Shown here: positions 56,998 to 64,000 of the stretch, in pieces | How positions within the stretch are numbered: the first letter of the stretch is position 1 | How the letters are laid out: each line of letters starts with the position of its first letter | Source: Candidatus Omnitrophota bacterium | GTDB taxonomy: Bacteria; Omnitrophota; Gorgyraeia; Gygaellales; Profunditerraquicolaceae | DNA: 64,000 nucleotides | Direction: 5' to 3' | Assembly: GCA_041650835.1 (NCBI GenBank) | Contig: JBAZKL010000003.1 | Span: forward strand, 291,682 to 355,681 | Notes under the pieces: model-generated | The model's database searches: none | Told to the model about the DNA's origin: nothing | Seen by the model: only the letters and a program-made list of their open reading frames with translations | Translations under genes and position numbers: made by a program

Positions 56998-58851
56998 ATG
57001 AAATCCGAAACTGAAGTTAGAGATGTTTTTCTTTGTCACGCAAGTGTTGATAAAAAAGAGTATGTAAAACCGTTATTAGATCAGTTGTCATTAACAGGCA
57101 TTACTTATTGGTATGATGAAGCAGAGATAAGATGGGGTGATAGTTTAGTAGGAAAAATTAACGAAGGCTTAAGAAGATCACGCTTTGTTTTAATCTTTCT
57201 GAGCAAGAACTTTGTCGAAAGAAATTGGCCTGAGAAAGAATTAAATGCTGCGATAGGCCTGGGAATAAATTCTGGGACTACGATTGCGTTGCCTCTATTG
57301 ATAGGAAATGACAATGATATTGAAGCGATTTTGGGAAAATATCCATTATTACGGGATAAAAAATATGAAAGGTGGGACAAAGGAGTCGATTCATTGATAA
57401 TTTCATTAAAGGCGAGACTTCAGGAAGGCGCATCGCAATCAGACCCTGACAAAAACGTATATATTTATGAGCAAAAAGATAATAAGAAATATCAAAAATT
57501 CAACGGAGGCAAGATGACTCAATTTATTATTTATTTAATTTTATTTTTCATCTCTTCTGCAGGAGTCTGGTTTTTTGGAAGCAAAGCCTGGGAAACAGGA
57601 ACGAATCTTTGGTGGAAGAAGCCCGAGACACAACAAATGCAACCTCATCAATCAGCTAGCGGTAATAATAGTGTTCAATTGATGAGCACGGGCAACAATA
57701 GCCCTGTAACGTATATAGACAAACAAGTTGTTAATCCTAGTCCCAAAAATGAAGTGGTAAATAATATTGTCAATATCCCTAATGCACTTGGAAATGAATC
57801 GCAGGGGTCTGGGCGAATAATGGAAGGGAAGAGAAGTAATATTCTTGAACAAGGTTGCATTGAAAAGATTGTTGAGAAAAACTCAGGAATAGCCAAAATA
57901 GAAGTATCTCCAGTTGCGCCAGCCTTTAAACAAGCTACATTCCATCTTGAGCCCAAATCGATTGTTAACATTGAGTTTGAAGGTAAGCCGATACTTCTTA
58001 GCAACTATTATACATTTTCTTTTATTATTTTCTCAAGAAATCAAATTGTAAAATCAGACGTTTGGTTAGCTATCCAAGGCGATAATGTTGAGGCTCCTAC
58101 CAATTTTTATTTTGAAGATGCCATACCATATCAGGATATCAAGGCAGAAAATATAAAAACTTTTCGTCCACAAGTTTCAAGTTATTTCCCCGAAGCCCCA
58201 CATTCTATTAAGGGGAAAATACGAATAACAAATACAAGAGATGAGCCGTCCGATATCTCAATTGTTTTACCTGTTATAGAAGAAGGATCGTTTGCGTCTA
58301 CTCCTATTGTAAGTGGAGCAACAAGGAATGCAGTGTTTTTGAGTTATGAAAGTAAAGGTAACTTGCCATCCGATTTGAATAATGGTGGCACAATTGGATT
58401 TATGTTTTCTCCTTACTGGGATGCTAGCCGTTTAACACCAGGATACAATCCACATTTTCTTAATTGGACAGACAAAAATGGTACAAACGGGATAAAAATA
58501 ATCGCAGATTCTAAAGATAAAGGAAAAATTAAGGTTTCGATAGCAGTAGATGGTAAAACTACTACGATATCCAGCGATGTAGTTCCGCTAAAAGGCGAAG
58601 TTTATTCAGTAATTTTTAGATTCCAGAAAGGCAGTGCCGATTTAATTGTTAACGGAAATAATAAAACACCCGGTAAAAATATCGCGTTTCCAGATGTAGC
58701 TAAATTAGATACTAAATTCTTTATCGGATGCAATCCCTACAATGAGAATGATGGGGCTTTTAGCGTAATAAAAAATATTTTTGCATACGCAAGATGGCTA
58801 AATGATGATGAGGTTAAAGCCATAATAAATTATACACTAGAGAAAAGGTAA
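56998..58851 (+). CDS. TIR-domain protein with a TM segment and C-terminal concanavalin-A-like (LamG-type) domain
   Basis: N-terminal TIR signature (DVFLCHASVDK...VLIFLSKNFVERNWPEKEL), one hydrophobic helix (FIIYLILFFISSAGVWFF), and a C-terminal ...FFIGCNPYNENDGAFSVIKNIFAYARWLNDDEVKAI matching the LamG_3 consensus end. Confidence 0.7.
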   Translation: MKSETEVRDVFLCHASVDKKEYVKPLLDQLSLTGITYWYDEAEIRWGDSLVGKINEGLRRSRFVLIFLSKNFVERNWPEKELNAAIGLGINSGTTIALPLLIGNDNDIEAILGKYPLLRDKKYERWDKGVDSLIISLKARLQEGASQSDPDKNVYIYEQKDNKKYQKFNGGKMTQFIIYLILFFISSAGVWFFGSKAWETGTNLWWKKPETQQMQPHQSASGNNSVQLMSTGNNSPVTYIDKQVVNPSPKNEVVNNIVNIPNALGNESQGSGRIMEGKRSNILEQGCIEKIVEKNSGIAKIEVSPVAPAFKQATFHLEPKSIVNIEFEGKPILLSNYYTFSFIIFSRNQIVKSDVWLAIQGDNVEAPTNFYFEDAIPYQDIKAENIKTFRPQVSSYFPEAPHSIKGKIRITNTRDEPSDISIVLPVIEEGSFASTPIVSGATRNAVFLSYESKGNLPSDLNNGGTIGFMFSPYWDASRLTPGYNPHFLNWTDKNGTNGIKIIADSKDKGKIKVSIAVDGKTTTISSDVVPLKGEVYSVIFRFQKGSADLIVNGNNKTPGKNIAFPDVAKLDTKFFIGCNPYNENDGAFSVIKNIFAYARWLNDDEVKAIINYTLEKR

Positions 58852-59094
58852 AAATCTTTAACTTTAATAAAAGCAATAACTTATGGGTTGACATTTCTCA
58901 ATCTCATGGTATATTTATAGCTAGAATATTAATGCAAAATATTCTTTGGGGTAGCAGATAATACCGCTACTGAATTCAAGTGGCGCCTTATAGCGGCTTG
59001 AGTTCGCAAAACGAATGCACCTGCATTCGTCAAACGAACCAAGCCGCTTTTTGTTTGTTAAAAAGCGGCACCAACAAAATTTGGAGGTGTCGCC

Positions 59095-60375
59095 ATGAAG
59101 ATTCAAAAAATAAAAGTTTCGGAAATAAACCCCGCCGTTTATAACCCTCGCATTACGCTTCGTCCGGGCGATGCCGAGTACGAACGTCTTAAGAAGAGCA
59201 TCTTAACATTCGGCTTGGTCGAGCCTCTTATCCTTAATAAGCGCACAGGTAATCTTGTTGGTGGTCACCAGCGACTAAATATCTTAATTGAACAAGGCGT
59301 AACGGAAGTGGAAGTAAGCATAGTGGATTTGTCGCTAGAAATGGAGAAAGCTCTCAATATAGCACTCAACAAAATCTCTGGCGCCTGGGATGAGGAGAAA
59401 CTTTCAACACTACTATCCGAAATGCAAAAGATCCCGGATTTTGAAGTGGGGCTAACGGGTTTTGAGCCAAAAGAGATAAGTGAGCTCTTGGATGAGTTTG
59501 CTACGCCGCAGGAAGAAGATGACTTTGATTTCGAAGCAGAAGTCAATTCCATGCAGGAGCCGATCACAAAGCGAGGAGATATTATCGAGCTTGGTAGACA
59601 CAGAATCATATGTGGTGATTCATCTTCGTTAGAGGACGTAAAAGCGCTGATCGGTAACGAAAAAATCAACCTTATCCATACCGACCCGCCTTATAACGTC
59701 AACTACTATGGCGGTAATCGTCCGGTTCCAAATGTTCGACCAAAAGAGTCCAGAAATTGGGAGAGGATATATTCTGATAACTTAAACCAGGAGGAATATG
59801 AGATCTGGCTTAAGAAGATATTCAGTAATGTAGACTCTTTTCTTGAGACTGGTGCGTCCTTCTACATTTGGAATGGGCACAAGCAGTTCGGCCAGATGCA
59901 TGTGATGCTCGAGGGATTAGGTTATCATATTGCCTGTGTTATAACCTGGGCAAAGCCTAATTTTGCGATATCGTATGCTGACTATAATCAGCAAACGGAA
60001 TTCTGTTTGTACGGCTGGAAGAAGGATAATGGCGCTCACGCCTGGTATGGTCCTACCAACGCAAGTACTCTTTGGGAAATTAAGCGCGACAGCACTAAAG
60101 AATACATCCACCCTACCCAGAAGCCGACAGCGTTAGCGCAAAGAGCCATGAAGAATAGTTCGAAGCGTGGCGACATTGTCTTGGATCTATTCCTGGGATC
60201 TGGTTCGACATTGATAGCCGCTGAAGGTCTGGAAAGAAGATGTTTTGGCTTGGAGATCGATCCTAAGTATTGCGACTCGATCATTAGGCGCTACATTTCT
60301 TATGTAGGTAAGGATAAAGCTCCGGCTGATCTTGTGAAAAAGTATTGCAAGGAGGAGCAACATGTCGGCAAATAA
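59095..60375 (+). CDS. ParB-like nuclease domain fused to N6/N4 DNA methyltransferase (phage-type orphan methylase)
   Basis: N-terminal ParB/Srx fold (LVGGHQRL) and a C-terminal MTase with DPPY (IHTDPPYNV) and an AdoMet-binding region. Confidence 0.8.
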   Translation: MKIQKIKVSEINPAVYNPRITLRPGDAEYERLKKSILTFGLVEPLILNKRTGNLVGGHQRLNILIEQGVTEVEVSIVDLSLEMEKALNIALNKISGAWDEEKLSTLLSEMQKIPDFEVGLTGFEPKEISELLDEFATPQEEDDFDFEAEVNSMQEPITKRGDIIELGRHRIICGDSSSLEDVKALIGNEKINLIHTDPPYNVNYYGGNRPVPNVRPKESRNWERIYSDNLNQEEYEIWLKKIFSNVDSFLETGASFYIWNGHKQFGQMHVMLEGLGYHIACVITWAKPNFAISYADYNQQTEFCLYGWKKDNGAHAWYGPTNASTLWEIKRDSTKEYIHPTQKPTALAQRAMKNSSKRGDIVLDLFLGSGSTLIAAEGLERRCFGLEIDPKYCDSIIRRYISYVGKDKAPADLVKKYCKEEQHVGK

Positions 60376-61036
60376 CGACCAGGCTAATAAAGAGCAACCG
60401 ATTCTTGCGCTCATTCAGGATATAAAAGATGGCCGCATAGCTCCGGAAACCATCGACAAGGAGTTGCGTCAGCAGTGTATTGAGGTGTTTTTGGCTGAAG
60501 GCTATACCACTTCTTCAATAGCTCAGATATTCAAAAAGACCGATAGGACAATTCGTCGGGATATAGAGGATATAAGAGCGCAAAACGCCATTACCCCGGA
60601 TATAGACCTGGCTAAGAAGACCATCGGCGAAATGGTTGTATATATGCATACTCACCGAGCTTATCTTATGCGCCTTGCTCGCTTAAAAGATGCCTCAGTA
60701 GCTGAAAAAGCTCAGGCCGAATACCTGGCCGCTCGTATTGGTATCGAACTAGTCGCCAGGCTGCAAACCTTGGGGTTCCTACCTTTAAAGCCTCAGGAGA
60801 TTATTGCTGACATCTCTCACCATGTAACCGCCGATAACGAGAGTTCGTTTGACGAGTTGAGATCTCAGATAGTGGAAATCGAGAGAATTTCGAAGGAGTC
60901 TGGAGAGCTAACGCCGGAAATGACAAAAGAACTTGAGAACTTGAAGAAGAGAATTGAAAAAGCGGAAATACAAGATAAGGTAACTAAAATATTATCCCAT
61001 ACGGATGAGAAAGGAAAAGATGAAAAAGATAATTGA
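60362..61036 (+). CDS. Putative terminase small subunit / HTH DNA-binding protein
   Basis: Internal HTH (TTSSIAQIFKKTDRTIRRDIEDI) and a charged coiled-coil tail; positioned immediately upstream of, and overlapping, the terminase large subunit. Confidence 0.4.
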   Translation: MSANNDQANKEQPILALIQDIKDGRIAPETIDKELRQQCIEVFLAEGYTTSSIAQIFKKTDRTIRRDIEDIRAQNAITPDIDLAKKTIGEMVVYMHTHRAYLMRLARLKDASVAEKAQAEYLAARIGIELVARLQTLGFLPLKPQEIIADISHHVTADNESSFDELRSQIVEIERISKESGELTPEMTKELENLKKRIEKAEIQDKVTKILSHTDEKGKDEKDN

Positions 61037-62597
61037 AAATATCAGCAGTGAGATTGTGAGGTTCAGGAGGAGGGTGGGGATGGATTTCATCAGCTTCCGC
61101 AATTTTTATTTCCCAAATTATAATAAAAATCCTGACGGTGAATTCCAAAAAGAATTATCACAGATCCTCGTCAATATGAAGACTAAAAGAGGCGCGCGAT
61201 ATGCGATAGCGGCGCCACGGGGGTTCGCAAAGAGCACGATCGTAGGGTTACAGTATGTGATCTATTGTATCTGTTATAAGCTAGAGGATTTTATTGTGCT
61301 AGCTTCAAGCACAAGTAGCCAGGCGACGGATTTCTTGAGACACATTAAAGAAGAATTCGAAGCTAATGAAAGATTAAAAGCGGATTTCCCGGAAGTCTGC
61401 GAAGTCGGCAGCAAGCTAAGTCCTCCTCGCTGGACACAAAGCGAGATTATCACCAGTAATGACGTAAAAGTTATTGCTCTAGGTACAGGGCAGCAGCTTA
61501 GAGGTCGTAGACACAAAGAATCGCGGCCTACGCTGATAATTCTCGACGATATCGAAACCGATGAGACGGTGGAGAATCCTGACAGTCGTTATAAACTGGA
61601 AGATTGGATAAATAAAACCGTCTTAAAGGCAGGCGAAGCAAGGACCAATGTTATAATTATTGGTACGTTGCATCACCCTGCCTCGTTATTAGCCAAATAC
61701 ACTGATTCCAAGCAATCCCCCGGCTGGACTAGCAAAGTATATAAGGCGATAATATCGTATGCAGAACGCGTTGAATTATGGGAAGAATGGAAGCGGATAC
61801 TTCTAGGAAAAGAGCCCTACAATGGTGAATTTGGTTTAGATGCGGCGCTGGCGTTTTACAAAAAGCACGAAAGCGTCATGCTAAAAGGAGTAAAACTTCT
61901 ATGGCCAGAATTCAAAAGCTACTATGATCTTATGCTGATGAGAGAACAAGAGGGGTATTCCAGCTTTGATTCCGAGATGCAAAACGAACCCATAAATCCA
62001 CGGGACTGTGCTTTTAATATGGAAGAGGTGAGTTTTTGGGAGGATGGATTTGAATCCGAGGACAATCTAATGCATGTAATGCGCCATGAGATACTTTGTT
62101 ATGGAGCATGCGATCCAAGCCTTGGTAGAGAAGGGAAACAAAGTGATGATTCGGCCATAGTTGTTGTAGCCTGGAATCCGGAAAAAGGGAAGATATATAT
62201 ACTGGAGGCCGATATCGCCAGGCGAAGCCCTGATAAGACGATTGAAGATATCTTAGCCTATCATATGAACCGCGAGATTATAGGGTTTGGTTTTGAAACC
62301 AACCAATTTCAAGAAGTGATGGCTCAGGACCTTATGAGGCGTGCAAGGGAAGGGTGCATAGCAATAAAACTTAAGGAAATAAGAAATACCGTTGATAAAC
62401 TTGCCAGGATCCAGTCTCTCCAGGTCCTCATTAAGAGCGGCACCATACTGTTCTCTAGGAAGCACCAGACATTGCTTGAACAGTTAAGGTATTTCCCTAA
62501 GGGGCCTCATGACGATGGACTGGATGCGCTGGAGATGGTAGTGCGGTTGTGCTATAAGCCATCGAGAAACCCAAGATGCTTATCTATACCGCGGTAA
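61005..62597 (+). CDS. Phage terminase large subunit
   Basis: Walker A (APRGFAKST), Walker B (LIILDDIE), and a C-terminal RNaseH-like nuclease domain with conserved Asp residues (ACDPSLGREGKQSDDSAIVVV). Confidence 0.8.
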   Translation: MRKEKMKKIIENISSEIVRFRRRVGMDFISFRNFYFPNYNKNPDGEFQKELSQILVNMKTKRGARYAIAAPRGFAKSTIVGLQYVIYCICYKLEDFIVLASSTSSQATDFLRHIKEEFEANERLKADFPEVCEVGSKLSPPRWTQSEIITSNDVKVIALGTGQQLRGRRHKESRPTLIILDDIETDETVENPDSRYKLEDWINKTVLKAGEARTNVIIIGTLHHPASLLAKYTDSKQSPGWTSKVYKAIISYAERVELWEEWKRILLGKEPYNGEFGLDAALAFYKKHESVMLKGVKLLWPEFKSYYDLMLMREQEGYSSFDSEMQNEPINPRDCAFNMEEVSFWEDGFESEDNLMHVMRHEILCYGACDPSLGREGKQSDDSAIVVVAWNPEKGKIYILEADIARRSPDKTIEDILAYHMNREIIGFGFETNQFQEVMAQDLMRRAREGCIAIKLKEIRNTVDKLARIQSLQVLIKSGTILFSRKHQTLLEQLRYFPKGPHDDGLDALEMVVRLCYKPSRNPRCLSIPR

Positions 62598-62662
62598 TAA
62601 AGCTAAAATAGCCCTAAATGATTGAATGCATCCAGGGCTATTTTTATTGACCTAATAAGCTA

Positions 62663-62881
62663 TCAAATGAAGAAATCCAAGTTCTTCTTATAAATTCTCG
62701 CGAATTCTTTGAGCTGCATAATGTCAATTCGCCGTTGTCCCGCTTCTATTTTTGAAACAAAAGATTGTGTTCTATGTAGCAATTTTGCAACATCCTCTTG
62801 CTTAAGGCCCATATCCTTGCGGGCTTTTATCAGCCTTTCAACAAGCGCCTTATGTCCCTTCGTGTAGATCGTTTTATCCAT
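62663..62881 (-). CDS. XRE-family HTH transcriptional regulator (Cro/CI-like)
   Basis: LKQEDVAKLLHRTQSFVSKIEAGQRR HTH; 72 aa; divergent from the downstream gene. Confidence 0.7.
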   Translation of the reverse strand: MDKTIYTKGHKALVERLIKARKDMGLKQEDVAKLLHRTQSFVSKIEAGQRRIDIMQLKEFARIYKKNLDFFI

Positions 62882-62967
62882 ATAATTTGACTTCCTTTAG
62901 CTGTATGGTATATTACGTATTGGAATATGCCAAAATGGAATATAGATAAATCAGCATAGTTAAAGGT

Positions 62968-63519
62968 ATGGAAAAGACGTTAAGGAAGCGAGATTTTAAG
63001 CTAGGCCAGATACATGGTAGACTTCAGGCAGAGAATGATAAGTCAGAAGCCCAAATCCAGAGAACCGTCTTTTTAAGTCAAAAACTGAAGATCTGGAGAA
63101 AACGAAACGAGGCTACCACGGTGCGTATCTTCGGTTATGAAGTGCCGCTAAAAACAGGTTGCACGCGCGGCGAGTGCATTGATTTAATCGGTTACGATAA
63201 GGACTATAATCTTTATTTAATCGAGCTTAAAAAGAAAGAATCCCAAGAACGAATACCCGATATAATTGAACAGCTAAATGGATATGAAAATTCAATTAAG
63301 CAGATTCTTCCGTATATAAAAGAAGAATTTAAGAACGAATACTTTCTTCCTATTAATTTTGAAGCAGTGAAGAAAATCATATTGGCTCCGCGAGAATTTT
63401 ATGAGACAAGGAAGAAAGACCTAATTCCTGGCTCTATCGAATATGCATATTTTGGCGACAGAGATATTAACAAAAGAAAGCCAGGTGAGATTATTAATAT
63501 CCATCTAGTAAGAAAGTAA
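62968..63519 (+). CDS. Hypothetical protein with a possible PD-(D/E)xK motif
   Basis: CIDLIGYDKDYNLYLIELKK gives D...(E)LK; no other assignable domain. Confidence 0.3.
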   Translation: MEKTLRKRDFKLGQIHGRLQAENDKSEAQIQRTVFLSQKLKIWRKRNEATTVRIFGYEVPLKTGCTRGECIDLIGYDKDYNLYLIELKKKESQERIPDIIEQLNGYENSIKQILPYIKEEFKNEYFLPINFEAVKKIILAPREFYETRKKDLIPGSIEYAYFGDRDINKRKPGEIINIHLVRK

Positions 63520-64000
63520 TGAAGTTAATCATCCATCGTGGCACACAGGAAATTGGCGGCAGTTGTGTAGAGTTAAAAACACGTGCAATCCGTCTCCTAA
63601 TTGATTTTGGCATCCCCTTAACAACCACTCAAAATGAAAGATTTGATTCAAAAGTCCTTCTTGGAAAATCAATTGAAGAACTCAAAGCGCTAAAAATTCT
63701 GCCTCAGATAAACGGTCTTTACAGAAACCAAGACAGAGAAGTCGATGCGATCCTGATTTCCCACGCTCATCTTGACCATTACGGTCTATTAAATTACGTC
63801 CATCCGGATATCCCGGTTTATATGAGCCAAGGCGCAGAGGAGTTAATCGAGATATCCAATATCTTTACGCCAAATAAACTGAATAAGATAAATATAAAGG
63901 TAATCAACAATAAAAAGCCTTTTAATGTTGGTGATGTCAAGATTACGCCATACCTAGTGGATCATTCGGCATTTGACGCGCTTGCCTATTTGGTAGAAGC
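63519..64000 (+). CDS. Metallo-beta-lactamase-fold hydrolase (3' end beyond window)
   Basis: ATG overlaps the previous stop (TAATG); HAHLDH metal-binding motif. The frame is open to the window edge, so the ORF is absent from the track. Confidence 0.55.
   Translation, partial: MKLIIHRGTQEIGGSCVELKTRAIRLLIDFGIPLTTTQNERFDSKVLLGKSIEELKALKILPQINGLYRNQDREVDAILISHAHLDHYGLLNYVHPDIPVYMSQGAEELIEISNIFTPNKLNKINIKVINNKKPFNVGDVKITPYLVDHSAFDALAYLVE

Larger units (their letters stand above)
40914..64000. mobile_element. Integrated prophage-like/integrative element at tRNA-Glu 3' end (left junction in window; right end beyond window)
   Basis: Begins directly after tRNA-Glu. A large serine recombinase, an excisionase-like HTH, terminase small and large subunits and an XRE repressor are interleaved with defence genes. 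Sharp drop in GC relative to the core genes. Confidence 0.65.

Overview
This 64 kb window is a bacterial chromosomal segment from an unassigned, probably uncultivated lineage. Everything below is read by eye from the sequence and the six-frame ORF track; no database search was run.

Core region, about 1-27.3 kb. This is a syntenic, mostly + strand, GC-moderate housekeeping block:
- gmk (5' truncated by the window edge), rpoZ and a stand-alone CoaC-like flavoprotein;
- a tRNA cluster of Cys(GCA), a Leu(TAA)-like gene and Val(GAC);
- a CpaF/TadA-type secretion ATPase and thrS;
- an infC-rpmI-rplT operon in which infC evidently starts on a non-ATG codon;
- a trkA-trkA-trkH potassium uptake operon with an embedded 39-aa hydrophobic micro-ORF;
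- pheS-pheT;
- a roughly 900 bp structured intergenic region with a near-consensus sigma70 promoter, a candidate roughly 180-nt sRNA and GC-rich repeats;
- an MTHFR-C-like Cys-rich protein next to 5-formyl-THF cyclo-ligase;
- rny-ymdB, a secreted Pro/Ala-tailed protein, xseA-xseB-dxs, a four-subunit 2-oxoacid:ferredoxin oxidoreductase (korDABC), gltX and a small lipoprotein.

The intergenic spacers of this block are populated by at least three families of dyad-symmetric repeats:
- a GGTGAC-N-GTCACC double-palindrome family;
- a CGGTTAT/ACCGATAACC family;
- roughly 140 bp MITE-like imperfect palindromes downstream of rny, xseA and gltX.

Variable region, about 27.7-36.4 kb. It opens with an AT-rich islet carrying a zinc-ribbon/HEAT protein and a HigB toxin paired with a HigA antitoxin fused to an ImmA/IrrE HExxH peptidase. 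A 1103-aa secreted S8 subtilase with beta-propeller repeats follows, then an orphan gene bracketed by composite repeats. tRNA-Gln comes next, immediately followed by a Gp49/HigB-HigA toxin-antitoxin cassette bracketed by 110 bp direct repeats that begin in the tRNA 3' end. After that come a Cys-rich protein with duplicated C-W-x4-5-C motifs, tRNA-Leu(GAG) and a minus-strand FIST, histidine kinase and receiver-GGDEF operon (the GGDEF motif reads GGDDF).

Integrated element, from tRNA-Glu(CTC) at 40.8 kb to the window end. The segment is AT-rich. It starts with a large serine recombinase, a DUF2924-like protein and an excisionase-type HTH. A defence island follows:
- a Type I restriction-modification system, hsdR-hsdM-hsdS;
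- a small PD-(D/E)xK protein overlapping the hsdS stop;
- a soluble plus 4-TM two-gene pair;
- an OLD-family ATPase/Toprim nuclease apparently co-operonic with SbcD and SbcC;
- a TIR-TM-LamG protein.
The SbcC gene carries one in-frame TAA. A ParB-nuclease-domain DNA methyltransferase, the terminase small and large subunits, an XRE repressor, another PD-(D/E)xK-like protein and a partial MBL-fold hydrolase complete the element. attR lies beyond the window.

The most novel-looking content is the OLD-SbcD-SbcC(-TIR) cluster, the TIR-LamG membrane protein, the uncharacterised two-gene pair, the HigA-ImmA fusion antitoxin and the repeat families. No rRNA genes and no CRISPR arrays were seen.
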